This document shows positions 1 through 11,794 of a DNA stretch of 64,000 nucleotides, piece by piece; positions within the stretch are counted from its first letter, which is position 1; each line of letters opens with the position of its first letter. The notes under the pieces were generated by a model, which ran no database searches, was not told the DNA's origin, and saw nothing but the letters and a program-made list of their open reading frames with translations. The translations under genes and the position numbers were made by a program. The DNA comes from an uncultured delta proteobacterium (GTDB taxonomy: Bacteria > Myxococcota_A > Polyangia > Polyangiales > Polyangiaceae): assembly GCA_963716725.1 (NCBI GenBank), contig CAVQUB010000002.1, forward strand, positions 96,001-160,000, given 5' to 3'.

Positions 1-38
1 CGATCTTCGAACCCAACCCGAGCCTTAGAGTACCCGCC

Positions 39-3000
39 GTGTCGTCCCTAGCAGACGCTCTTTCTACACTCTCCGATCGTGGCCTCCGACGCCTGCTCGG
101 CGCCCGCACCTTCTTGCGCGGCCTCGACTACGAGAAACGCAAGGTGGTCGAGGAGGTCGGAGTCACCGAATCGAACGCCACCGGAAAGGTCAAAGGCTCC
201 GATCCGGAGCCCTACGAGGTGACCATTCGCCTCGGCGGCGAAGGCATCACGTCGCAGTGCACCTGTCCGGCCTTCCAGAAGACCAATCAGCACTGCAAAC
301 ACGTCGCGGCGCTGCTCATCACGGTGCGCAACCAAGCTCGCGCAGCCATGCCGCGTCGCGAGATGCAGCAGAACACGCCCGCTCAGCCGCCCCCGCCCCA
401 GCAAGCCGGCGCTCTCGGCGACAGCAAATCGAGTCGGCGAAGAGACCGACGCCGACGCGCACAACAACAACACGTCGTGCCTCCGGGATTCACGCCGCCG
501 CCCTCACCCGACGGCAGCGCGCGGGCCACCGGCCTGGGCGCGTGGCTGGCGCCGGAGGGCATGGTTCGGCCGCAAAGCCTCGAGTTTCGCGTCCACGTTC
601 GCCAAGGCGGGCTGACCGTGACCGTGCTCGACACCGAAGCGCGCGTCCCACTCTTGCCGAGCGTGGCCTTGAACTGGCAGGCCTTGGCCCCCACCGCCGA
701 TCGAGGGGCCTTGCGCGTCCTCGCGCGCTTCGAGAGCGGCAACCCGCGCCACCCAGCCGTCGACATCCGGAGCGAAGACGCCGCCGAGCTCATGCCCCTG
801 CTCAAAGAACGCCGCGTCTTGCTCGAGCCGGCCCTGATGCAGCTTCGCTTCGGCAACGAACCCCTCAAGCCGCGCTTCGACCTCGAGATGGTCGGCAGCG
901 ATACCATCGTCGCCAAATGTACCTTCGAGCGATCGGGCGACGGTCGTCGCTTCGCGCTGACCAGCGGCGGCTGGTTCGAAGGCGCTCCGGGCTGGCACAT
1001 CGACACCAACGAAGGCGTGGCCCGACCCGTCGACCATCGCGTATCACCCGCCGCGCTGCGGCGACTCCTGCGCAGCCCCACCATCGCGGAGCCCGCGAGC
1101 GAGCTGATCGGACTCATCGCGCAGGGTCTGCCGCGAGTCGCGGCTGAAATCGGCGCCGAGTTGCCCGACCTCTCTCAGGTCGCCGACGTCATCGACCTGA
1201 CTCCGACCTTTCGTCTCCGCGCAGGTGGCGGCATCACCGAAGCGCACGTCTACCTGAAGGCCGCGTATCGAGAGCTCGAGGTCGAGGTGCGCGCCGACGG
1301 CATCTCACCGCCGGTGATCGTGCTGCCCCCAGCGGAAGGTCAAAAACGCGCCACCTGCATCCGGACCGACATCGCCGCCCAGCAGGACGCCGTTCAGCGG
1401 CTGCTCGACCTGGGGCTGACTGCCGACGAGAGCGGCGGAGCGTTCATCGCCGAGGGACAAAGGGCGATTCAGTTCTGGTCGGACGGCGTCGCCGCGCTGC
1501 CCGAAGAGTGGGACTTGTACGTGCCCGAGGAGCTGGTCGGCACCACCGTGCGCGGCAAGCCGGTCACGATGAACGCGAGGGTCTCGAGTGGCGTCGATTG
1601 GTTGTCCGTGAAGATCGCCTACGAGAGCGACGGCGTGGGTGTGGAACGCGACGAACTCGTGCGCTGCCTTCGCGAGGGCAAGAAGTACGTGCGGCTGTCC
1701 GACAACACCTACGCCGAGATCGACCCCGACAAGGTTCAGGCAATGATCGATCGCGAGGTCGAGCTGTTGGCCGCCGCGGGCAAGAACGGCAAGCTGCCCC
1801 TGTCACATGCAGGCCGCGTCCAAGAATTGCTCGAGCACGCCGCCGACGTGAACGTGGCCCCGGCGGCCCGGGCGCTGTTCGAGAAGCTCGCCAGCATCGA
1901 CGAGATCAAGAGCACCAAGAAGCCTCGGAGCCTCAAGGCGGTCTTGCGACCGTACCAGGAACAGGGGCTGTCGTGGCTGCGCTTCATCCACGACATCGGG
2001 TCGGGCGGTGTGCTCGCCGACGACATGGGTCTGGGCAAGACGGTTCAGACCATCGCCCTGCTCTTGTTGCTCAAGCAGGAGAAGAAGGAGCACGCGCTCC
2101 GGGCCTTGATCGTCGCGCCGACCAGCGTCGTGCCCAACTGGCTGCGCGAGATTGAGCGATTTGGCCCCGCGCTTTCCACCGCGCTCTGGCACGGAGCCGG
2201 TCGCAAAGAGCAGATGGACGATCTCGAGAGCGCCAACGTGATCATCACCAGCTACGCGCTTTTGCGGCGCGACATCGACCTGCTGAAGAAGCTCGATCTC
2301 GACTACGCCATCTTGGACGAAGCGCAGAACATCAAGAACCCGATGTCTGCGACGGCGGCGGCGGCGCGAGATCTGAACGCCAAGCACCGGCTTGCGCTCA
2401 CGGGCACCCCCATCGAAAACCGCCTGAGCGAAATCTGGAGCATCTTCGATTTCGTGAGCCCTGGACTGCTCGGTCCGCTCGCGAAGTTCGAGGAGCGCTA
2501 CGGCAAGCCCATCGACCAAGGCGATTCGAAGGCCGCGGCACGCTTGCGGGCCAGTATCCATCCCTTCATCTTGCGCCGGACGAAGAACGAGGTCGCCAAG
2601 GACCTTCCACCGAAGATCGAGATCGACAAGGTCGTCGACCTGCCGCCGGATCAACGCGCGATCTACACGCAGGTGCTGCGGGAGGTCCGCGCGCAGGTTC
2701 TGGGGGAGGTCGAGCGCGTCGGCGTCGCCAAGAGCCAGCTGCACATCCTGGCGGGTCTCACCAAGCTGCGCCAAGCGGCCTGTGATCCGCGCCTCTTGGG
2801 TCTGCCGCGCGAGTTCTCGCACGACGACAGCGGCAAGCTCTCGGCCCTCCGCGAGCTGGTCGAGGAGGTCGACAGCGGCGGCCACAAGGTGCTGATCTTC
2901 AGCCAGTTCGTCAGCATGCTGAAGCTCGTTCGAGAGGCCCTCGACGAAGACAAGATCCGCTACGAGTACCTCGACGGCAGCACCATCGATCGCTCCGAGC

Positions 3001-3341
3001 GCGTCGACAATTTCCAGAACGACCCGACCATCCCGGTGTTCTTGATCAGTTTGAAGGCCGGCGGCTCGGGGTTGAACCTGACCGCCGCCGACACGGTGAT
3101 CCACTTCGATCCGTGGTGGAACCCCGCCGTCGAAGACCAAGCATCGGACCGCGCCCACCGCATCGGTCAGAAGAAGGTCGTGACCATTTACCGGCTGGTC
3201 GCCGCGGGGACCATCGAAGAGAAGATCCTCCAGCTCAAGCAGAAGAAGAAGGAACTGGTCGCGTCGGTGCTCTCCGAGGACAGCGGCGGCGCGAAGAAGC
3301 TGACCAAGGACGATCTCGACGACCTGTTCCGGCTGGACTGA
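39..3341 (+). CDS. SWIM zinc finger + SNF2-family (DEAD/DEAH-like) helicase
   Basis: N-terminal SWIM motif CTCPAF..HCKH; SNF2 motifs LADDMGLGKT, LDEAQNIKN, LTGTPIEN, SLKAGGSGLNL, QASDRAHRIGQ. Confidence 0.95.
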   Translation: MSSLADALSTLSDRGLRRLLGARTFLRGLDYEKRKVVEEVGVTESNATGKVKGSDPEPYEVTIRLGGEGITSQCTCPAFQKTNQHCKHVAALLITVRNQARAAMPRREMQQNTPAQPPPPQQAGALGDSKSSRRRDRRRRAQQQHVVPPGFTPPPSPDGSARATGLGAWLAPEGMVRPQSLEFRVHVRQGGLTVTVLDTEARVPLLPSVALNWQALAPTADRGALRVLARFESGNPRHPAVDIRSEDAAELMPLLKERRVLLEPALMQLRFGNEPLKPRFDLEMVGSDTIVAKCTFERSGDGRRFALTSGGWFEGAPGWHIDTNEGVARPVDHRVSPAALRRLLRSPTIAEPASELIGLIAQGLPRVAAEIGAELPDLSQVADVIDLTPTFRLRAGGGITEAHVYLKAAYRELEVEVRADGISPPVIVLPPAEGQKRATCIRTDIAAQQDAVQRLLDLGLTADESGGAFIAEGQRAIQFWSDGVAALPEEWDLYVPEELVGTTVRGKPVTMNARVSSGVDWLSVKIAYESDGVGVERDELVRCLREGKKYVRLSDNTYAEIDPDKVQAMIDREVELLAAAGKNGKLPLSHAGRVQELLEHAADVNVAPAARALFEKLASIDEIKSTKKPRSLKAVLRPYQEQGLSWLRFIHDIGSGGVLADDMGLGKTVQTIALLLLLKQEKKEHALRALIVAPTSVVPNWLREIERFGPALSTALWHGAGRKEQMDDLESANVIITSYALLRRDIDLLKKLDLDYAILDEAQNIKNPMSATAAAARDLNAKHRLALTGTPIENRLSEIWSIFDFVSPGLLGPLAKFEERYGKPIDQGDSKAAARLRASIHPFILRRTKNEVAKDLPPKIEIDKVVDLPPDQRAIYTQVLREVRAQVLGEVERVGVAKSQLHILAGLTKLRQAACDPRLLGLPREFSHDDSGKLSALRELVEEVDSGGHKVLIFSQFVSMLKLVREALDEDKIRYEYLDGSTIDRSERVDNFQNDPTIPVFLISLKAGGSGLNLTAADTVIHFDPWWNPAVEDQASDRAHRIGQKKVVTIYRLVAAGTIEEKILQLKQKKKELVASVLSEDSGGAKKLTKDDLDDLFRLD

Positions 3342-3381
3342 GATCGAGTCCCACCGCCGAAGCGACCGGCGCTGGTGTCAC

Positions 3382-3423
3382 AAAAAACCAGCGGAGCGAG
3401 CAGCGATGCTCACTCCGCCTGGT
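3382..3423 (-). terminator. Rho-independent terminator
   Basis: On the minus strand, hairpin ACCAGGCGGAGTGAGCA-tcgc-TGCTCGCTCCGCTGGT followed by a T run; lies between convergent genes. Confidence 0.7.
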
Positions 3424-3478
3424 ATGTGATAGGCGTGCTCGCGAGGCGGCTTTCCGCGTTCGCGAGCGCCTCAGGCCT

Positions 3479-3937
3479 TCAGTTGTCGCCGGTCGGCGGA
3501 ACCTGACAGCCAGCGCCCTGGCCGTAGTCCACGCCGCAGGGGCCGTTGGCGGTCACGCAGCACTTCACTGCGGGCGCTGCTGGAGTCGGACAGGTCTGCA
3601 CGTTGCAGGTGCCGCCGCCGCCGCTGCCACCGCCGCCGCCGCTGCCGCCGCTGCCGCCGGTGGCTCCTGAGCCGCCGCCACCGCTCGTGGTACCGCCGCT
3701 GCCGCCGCTACTGCCTCCGGTTGCGCCGGAGCCGCCGCCGCCGCTGGTGGTGCCACCCGCGTTGTTGTCCGGAGCGGCGTCCTTGCCTCCACTCCCAGTA
3801 AACGTCTGCTCGTCGCTCGAAGCGCACGAAGACGTCGTGATGAGGGGCACGGCAACCAAACCTGCAAAGCAAATCCCAAGCACACGGGCGACACTGGTCT
3901 TCACGAGGGGCCTCCTGAACGCTGAAGCATGACCCAA
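3479..3937 (-). CDS. Gly/Ser-rich putative lipoprotein with Cys-rich C-terminus
   Basis: Signal peptide ending TSSC, duplicated GGTTSGGGGSGATGGS linker, C-terminal domain with 6 Cys; exact start uncertain. Confidence 0.7.
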   Translation of the reverse strand: MGHASAFRRPLVKTSVARVLGICFAGLVAVPLITTSSCASSDEQTFTGSGGKDAAPDNNAGGTTSGGGGSGATGGSSGGSGGTTSGGGGSGATGGSGGSGGGGGSGGGGTCNVQTCPTPAAPAVKCCVTANGPCGVDYGQGAGCQVPPTGDN

Positions 3938-4189
3938 GACCGCTCAGCCTGCCGAGCGGACCAAGGGCACTCTACATCAGGTCAGGGCGCTGCGCGAGAA
4001 GTGTCCCACCCGATCGAAGGGATCCCGGCCGAGCGCGCCGCGCGGCGCGTCATCGCCACCGGCGCCCGCCCGAAAGGGGATCGGCAAGCAAGCGCCGAGG
4101 TCGGCGGCCGCGCACCGGAGGAATTGCCCGGAGGCATGCGTTGCGAGGCTCCCGGTTGACCACCCGCGTGGCAGGATCCCCGCAACCCG

Positions 4190-6046
4190 ATGCCCTCCCC
4201 GCCCTCACCTCGCCCGCGCGACCGGGCCACCCCCGCGATGCTGGGGCTGCTGGTGGGGCTGATGGGGCTCTTTGCAGCCTTCGCCGTGCCGCGTCTCATC
4301 AACAACGCCGTCGGCGACATCGAGTTCACGGGCTGGTCGGGCGCCATCGGGCGACAACTCTTGGGTGGAGGCGTGCCCTACGTCGACTCCGTATCGCCCA
4401 TCCCGCCAGGCAGCATGCTGCTGCTCGACTTGATCCACCACGTCGCCGGCACCTCTCGCCTGTTGCACGAGTTGGGCTTGATCGCCGTCTGCCACATCGC
4501 CATGGCGCTGCTCGGGTATGCGATGGTCCGCCCGCTGACGACCCGAGAAAATGCGGTCTTGGTCGCGATTTCGTCGGCCGTGATCCTGCTCCGAGGCATC
4601 AAGGAGTGTGGCTACGACCAGACCGCCGCCGTCGTCGCCTGGGGCAGCGTCGCGATGGGAGTGCGGGCGTTGACGCTGGAGTCGACCCGAGCCCGCCGGC
4701 TGGCATGGAGCGCCTGCGGTGCGCTCGCCGGGGCGACTTTGTTCTTCAAGCAGAGCACGGCCCTCGGCACGCTGCTCGGCTGGCCGCTGGTCTTCGGCTA
4801 CCTGGTCCTGGCGGGCGGCGAAGACCCGCGTCGGGCCGGCAAGAATGTGCTGGTCTGGGCCTCCGGCGCCGCGCTCGGGCTGGGCCTGGTCGCCCTGGGG
4901 CTGCTGGCGCTGGGGAGCTCCATCGGTCCATTTCTCCAGGCCGTGATCGGCGACGGCCCCGCGCTGAAGGGCGGCAGCCGGTCGATGCGCGCTCTGATTG
5001 GCTTCTTCCTGGCCGGCTCGCCCGTCTACCCCGCATCGCTGCTCTTGACCTGCTTGGCGGGCGCCGTCTTGGTTCGGCTGTCGCGACGACCGGGTGGACT
5101 GAACCTGGGAAGCCACGACATCACCGAGCCGTGGTCGCGGCGGCGCGCCGTGGTCATCGGCGCGCTGGCCACCGCGGCGTTTGGGACCGCGACCCTGCTC
5201 ATCGTCACGCGCGTCCCGAAGCTGCCCGAGCACCTCGGCTTCTGGACGGAACGCTTCCGCCATGTCGCAGGCTTCGGGGTCCTGTTCATGTGCATCTTCG
5301 CCGTCGCACACCTCGGACCTGCCGCGCCCGGCGAGGCGAACGAAACGCGACGACGCGCGCAGGTCTGGAACGCACTGGCGCTGATCGCGGTGTGCGTCAG
5401 CTTCGCCCACAACTTGTCCTCCACCGAGTTGCGCTTCTTCTACGATCCGAATCCGGTCATTCCCGTCGCGTTTGCGTTCTTGTTTGCCGCCTTCGATCAA
5501 GCCGCGTTGCCCCGGGCCAAGCTCGTCGTGTTTGCCATGGCCCTCGCGTCATTGTTCTCGGCGCGCTTCGATCGGACGCTCGCCGCCCAGATCCCCATGG
5601 GGCGCCAGGGCCACTGGGGCGGCCTGTACGTCAGCGAAGGGGCGATCCCCCTGGTCAACGCGGCGCTGCGCGTGCGGGAGCTGGCGGGAGAGAACGACAC
5701 GGTACTGGTGCTGCCCGAAGACCTGCAGCTCGTGGGCTTGATCGACCGGCCTCGGCCGGCCCTGCGGGGGGCCGTGGTCTTCGTCGATCAATACGCCCCC
5801 CGCCTGGTCGCGGAGGACCTCGCCCGGCTCGAACGAGACCTGCCCAAGGTGGTGGTGGTCCGGCCGGCGGAGCGCGATCTGTGGGCCATCATGTTCGCGC
5901 ACTGGAGCAGCAACAGCGCCGCGCGGCGCATCGTGGATCGCTTCCTCGACGACTGGCTCCTGCGCCATTACCGCCGAGACTCGAGCTATCAGAGCCGCTT
6001 CGGGGATCGGGTGGGAACCCTCGAGATCTGGGTCAAGGCGCCCTGA
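4190..6046 (+). CDS. Polytopic membrane protein, GT-C-like glycosyltransferase candidate
   Basis: Many hydrophobic segments, GGVPYVD..PIPPG loop and FFKQS motif typical of lipid-linked-sugar GT-C-like proteins, soluble C-terminal domain. Confidence 0.6.
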   Translation: MPSPPSPRPRDRATPAMLGLLVGLMGLFAAFAVPRLINNAVGDIEFTGWSGAIGRQLLGGGVPYVDSVSPIPPGSMLLLDLIHHVAGTSRLLHELGLIAVCHIAMALLGYAMVRPLTTRENAVLVAISSAVILLRGIKECGYDQTAAVVAWGSVAMGVRALTLESTRARRLAWSACGALAGATLFFKQSTALGTLLGWPLVFGYLVLAGGEDPRRAGKNVLVWASGAALGLGLVALGLLALGSSIGPFLQAVIGDGPALKGGSRSMRALIGFFLAGSPVYPASLLLTCLAGAVLVRLSRRPGGLNLGSHDITEPWSRRRAVVIGALATAAFGTATLLIVTRVPKLPEHLGFWTERFRHVAGFGVLFMCIFAVAHLGPAAPGEANETRRRAQVWNALALIAVCVSFAHNLSSTELRFFYDPNPVIPVAFAFLFAAFDQAALPRAKLVVFAMALASLFSARFDRTLAAQIPMGRQGHWGGLYVSEGAIPLVNAALRVRELAGENDTVLVLPEDLQLVGLIDRPRPALRGAVVFVDQYAPRLVAEDLARLERDLPKVVVVRPAERDLWAIMFAHWSSNSAARRIVDRFLDDWLLRHYRRDSSYQSRFGDRVGTLEIWVKAP

Positions 6047-6052
6047 GCGGAC

Positions 6053-7174
6053 TCACCTGCGCATCGAGACGCTCATCAAGAGTCCGAGGCCGATCAGCAT
6101 GGTCACCACGCTGGAGCCTCCGTAGGAGAACAGCGGCAAGGTGATGCCGACCACGGGCAAGATGCCGACCGCCATGCCCACGTTGAAGATCGTGTGCCAG
6201 AAGAACATGGCGCCAACGCCCACGGCCACCGCCGCGCCAAAGCGGTCCTTGGACTGCGAGGCGACGTGGATCGCCCAGATGCAGATGAAGCAATAGGTGG
6301 CGAGCAGCACCACGGAGCCAAGGATCCCCCAGTCTTCGGCGAACACCGCGAAGGGGAAGTCCGAATACTGGTCCGGCACGAATCCGAACTGGTTCTGGGT
6401 GCCCTGCATGAAGCCCTCCCCGGAGAGCTTGCCGTTGCCGATGGCGGTTCGGGACTGGAAGGCGTGCCAGCCGATCCCGGTCTTGTCGTGCTCGGGGTCG
6501 AGGAAGCTGGTGATGCGGTTCTTCTGGTAGTCCCGGAGCACGTACTTCCACGCCAACGGGACCGCGGTCACGGCGGCGACCACCAAGATGGCGACGCTCT
6601 GCGCGCGGACCTTGGTCATCGCCAGCATGCTGGCGGCGGTGAGCAGATAGATGAGCGAGGTCCCGAGATCGGGCTGCGCCATCACCAGGATCACGGGCAG
6701 CCCCACCAGACCCGCTGCCGGCGCCAAATCGAGCAGGGTTCGCGGTTCGGTCTTGGGATCGTCGTGCAAGTACTTCGCGACGACCAAGATGATCAGGATC
6801 TTGATGAATTCGCTGGGCTGAAAGTTGAAGCTGCCGATCTGGATCCAGCGGGAGGAGCCCCGAATGTCGGCGCCGAGCACGAACACGAGCCCGAGCATGA
6901 CGATCCCTCCGACGTAGAAGAAATACGCCAGCCGCTCCAAGTGCCGGTAGTCGATGGCCGCGACCAGCATGGCCAAGATCCCGCCGACCACGAACCAGTA
7001 GACCTGGGAGACGTAGATGTCGGCGAGGGCCGCGCGCTTGCCAGCTTCGACATAGACGCTGGTCGCGCTGTACAGGTTGACGACCCCCAAGGTCGCGACG
7101 GCCACGATGGCGAGCAACAGCGGCGCATCGATCTGAGTGCCGCCGCGGAACGAGATGCGGTCACCGCGTGCCAT
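6053..7174 (-). CDS. rodA: Rod shape-determining SEDS protein RodA
   Basis: RWIQIG, FQPSEF.K, QPDLGT, LPLFSYGGSS motifs; directly downstream of PBP2. Confidence 0.96.
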   Translation of the reverse strand: MARGDRISFRGGTQIDAPLLLAIVAVATLGVVNLYSATSVYVEAGKRAALADIYVSQVYWFVVGGILAMLVAAIDYRHLERLAYFFYVGGIVMLGLVFVLGADIRGSSRWIQIGSFNFQPSEFIKILIILVVAKYLHDDPKTEPRTLLDLAPAAGLVGLPVILVMAQPDLGTSLIYLLTAASMLAMTKVRAQSVAILVVAAVTAVPLAWKYVLRDYQKNRITSFLDPEHDKTGIGWHAFQSRTAIGNGKLSGEGFMQGTQNQFGFVPDQYSDFPFAVFAEDWGILGSVVLLATYCFICIWAIHVASQSKDRFGAAVAVGVGAMFFWHTIFNVGMAVGILPVVGITLPLFSYGGSSVVTMLIGLGLLMSVSMRR

Positions 7175-9101
7175 CGTCGGCTCCAGGGTCGGGCGGCGGG
7201 CGCCGAGCGGCGGCCCGGGCGGTGGCTCGCCGCTGCTTCAACTTCTCCCAATCGCGTACCAGCCGCGAGCCAATGGGCACGGCGTTCTTGCCTCCGGCCC
7301 CGCCGTGCTCCACCAGGACGACGAAGGCGATTTCGGGCGAGCGCGCCGGCGCGTAGCCGGCGAACCAGGCGTGGTCTCGATTGAAGTACCAGACCTTGTG
7401 AGGGTCCACGCCGCGGGGCGTGACGTGGCTCACCTGTGCGGTGCCGGTCTTACCTGCCATGTCGGTGCCGGGAAGCGTCTCATGGAATGCCGTGCCCTCG
7501 CGCTCGACCACGACGCCGGTCAGCCCGGACTTGATCCGTGAGAGATGGTCTTGATCCACGTTGACCATGCGCCGAACGCGCGGCGGGAACTCTTGCACGA
7601 CGGTGCCGTCGCTGGTCTCGATGCTGCGAACGACCTGCGGCTGGTACAAGGTGCCGCCGTTGGCTATCGCGCCGTACGCCAATGCCAGCTGCAACGCCGA
7701 AACCGTCGCGGCGCCCTGACCGATGGCGGCCAGCAGGGTGAAGCCGCCGCGGAAGGCGCCTTTGTAGCGGCGCGTATACCAGGCGCGAGTGGGCATGCGG
7801 CCCCGCGCTTCCGGATTGACCCCGATGCCCGTCTTGGTGCCAAAGCCAAAGTCGACGCCGACCTTGGCCAGTTGGTCGATCTGGATGCCCTCCCCCAGCT
7901 GGTAGAAATAGGTGTTGCAGGAGCGCACGATGGCCTCGTGCAGGTTCACCGTGCCGTGCACGCCGGTGCAGCGGAAGAACCGGCGACCGTACTCATAGCC
8001 GCCACGGCAGTTCACCCGGGTCGAGGGCAGCACCACGCCCTCGGCGAGGGCCGCCAGCGCCGCGAAGGGTTTGTAGGTGGATCCCGGCGGATATGCCGCC
8101 GAGATCGTCTTGTCGAGGGTGGGGCGGAGTGGGTCGGCATAGAGGCGGCGGAAGGCGTCGCGCACGGCCCGCATCCCGCTGCCGCCGGAGACCACGTTCG
8201 GGTCGAAGCTCGGCTTGGAGACCGCCGCCAAGAGCCGCCCAGTGCGCACGTCGACGACGACGACCGCACCGGCGAGCTGTCCCCTCATGGCCTTCTCGAT
8301 GGCCTGCTCGAGCTCGATGTCTACGGTCAACGAGACGTCGCGGCCCGGAACTGGCTCGAGCCGCCGAGGCTCCTCGAGGTACTTGGGCTCCAGATCCTCG
8401 CGGGCGGCCCGCCGGTTGATCCCGCGCAGCACCTTGCGCCAGCCTCGCTGCCCGCGCAGGTAGCTCTCCCACCGGCGCTCGACGCCCACGGCACCGAGCT
8501 GGTCTCCGGCGCGGTAGCCGCGTCCTTCATAGCGCGCGAGCGTCTCGGGGTCGATCTCGCGCATGTAGCCAATGAGATGCGCCCCGAGTTCGCCATGCGG
8601 GTAGTAACGCACCGGCACCGGCACGACGTCGATCCCGCGCAGGTCGTCCTCGTGGGTCTCCAGCGCCGCCACCACGTCGCGATCGACGTCGACGCGGAGC
8701 AAGGTTTGTTGAGAGGGGCGCGTTCCGCCTGCGGACCGCGCGTCGAGGATCTTCTTGGTCAGCTCTTCGCGCTCGCCGTCGTCGACCGCCATCAGCTGCA
8801 TCACGCGCGGCCAGGTCTTCTCCATGTCGATCTGGCTGGGCACCGCGTAGACGTTGTAACTCGGCCGATTCGCCGCCAGGACCTTGCTGTGCGCGTCTCG
8901 AATCACGCCGCGGGTCGTGGCCAGGGAGAGGTCGCCGATGATGTTCTTGCGCGCCTGCGCCCGGTGCAGATCACCCTCGACGATCTGCAGCTGCACCAGT
9001 CGACCGAACAGAATCATGAACCCGCCGAGGATGACCAGCACCATCCAGCGGTAGCGCCGCCGAAATTCGCCGACGTCCGAGCGCTGAACGAGGATGCTCA
9101 C
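7161..9101 (-). CDS. mrdA: Penicillin-binding protein 2
   Basis: PGSTYK (SxxK), SCN (SxN), KTGTAQ; GTG start at 9101 overlaps the mreD stop. Confidence 0.95.
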   Translation of the reverse strand: MSILVQRSDVGEFRRRYRWMVLVILGGFMILFGRLVQLQIVEGDLHRAQARKNIIGDLSLATTRGVIRDAHSKVLAANRPSYNVYAVPSQIDMEKTWPRVMQLMAVDDGEREELTKKILDARSAGGTRPSQQTLLRVDVDRDVVAALETHEDDLRGIDVVPVPVRYYPHGELGAHLIGYMREIDPETLARYEGRGYRAGDQLGAVGVERRWESYLRGQRGWRKVLRGINRRAAREDLEPKYLEEPRRLEPVPGRDVSLTVDIELEQAIEKAMRGQLAGAVVVVDVRTGRLLAAVSKPSFDPNVVSGGSGMRAVRDAFRRLYADPLRPTLDKTISAAYPPGSTYKPFAALAALAEGVVLPSTRVNCRGGYEYGRRFFRCTGVHGTVNLHEAIVRSCNTYFYQLGEGIQIDQLAKVGVDFGFGTKTGIGVNPEARGRMPTRAWYTRRYKGAFRGGFTLLAAIGQGAATVSALQLALAYGAIANGGTLYQPQVVRSIETSDGTVVQEFPPRVRRMVNVDQDHLSRIKSGLTGVVVEREGTAFHETLPGTDMAGKTGTAQVSHVTPRGVDPHKVWYFNRDHAWFAGYAPARSPEIAFVVLVEHGGAGGKNAVPIGSRLVRDWEKLKQRRATARAAARRPPPDPGADDGTR

Positions 9102-9625
9102 CGAGCCGCTCCCTCGGCACCGCCCTGCGCGGGCTGGGTGCTCAAGTGGATGCGCTGGGCGATGCGGAAGACGAGGGGAGCGAAGAGCGCCGTGGCGATG
9201 GCGCGCGGCAGGACGATGTTGCCGATTTCCAATGGACGCCGGGTGTCCGAGCCGAAGACGGCCAGCAGGATCAACACCATCGCCGACTCGATCAGCGCGA
9301 ACACGAAGCCCAGCGACATGCGCGTGATGAAGGTCTGTGCGGTGAGCCGCACCCCCGCTACCCTCGACAACCACCAATTGGCAACGGTGATGAAGGTGAA
9401 CAACCACATGGGTGCCGACGCGACGAGATCGAGGAAGTACCCGAGCGCAAACGCGAGCAGCGCGCCTCGCGCCATCGAGTGCTCGTGCACGCCCAGAAAG
9501 ATCACCAGGGGTAGCAGCAGGCTCGGCGTGGCGCCGTTGAAGTGCATCCAGCCGAGGACGCGATACAGATTCGCCTGAACCAGGATCAGGACCACGCCGA
9601 TGGCGAGAAAGGCGGCGTTGCGCAT
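9098..9625 (-). CDS. mreD: Rod shape-determining protein MreD
   Basis: Hydrophobic 175 aa protein with GYFLDL motif, between mreC and mrdA. Confidence 0.88.
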   Translation of the reverse strand: MRNAAFLAIGVVLILVQANLYRVLGWMHFNGATPSLLLPLVIFLGVHEHSMARGALLAFALGYFLDLVASAPMWLFTFITVANWWLSRVAGVRLTAQTFITRMSLGFVFALIESAMVLILLAVFGSDTRRPLEIGNIVLPRAIATALFAPLVFRIAQRIHLSTQPAQGGAEGAAR

Positions 9626-9632
9626 GGTGGCC

Positions 9633-11586
<1,954 letters not shown>

Positions 11587-11794
11587 CGGTCACTCTCGGG
11601 TGGACGCGGATGGGAACATCCCACCCGGACCTCACCGGTGGCGGGGAAAACGGGCCCGCTCTCGTACCACGCCCGAAGCGCGGCGCGCAATCGCTGGAGA
11701 TTGTCCCAGCGGCCCGACGGCCGGTGCCTCGCGCGGGTCACGGAATCAAAGCGGCTCAACCGACGGAGCCAAGCTCCGGCCGGTTCCCACCGGC

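Noticed and set aside
39..3341. SNF2 helicase as part of an anti-phage defence island
   Set aside because: Standard SWIM-SNF2 housekeeping architecture with host-like codon usage and no defence genes downstream; the upstream context is outside the window.
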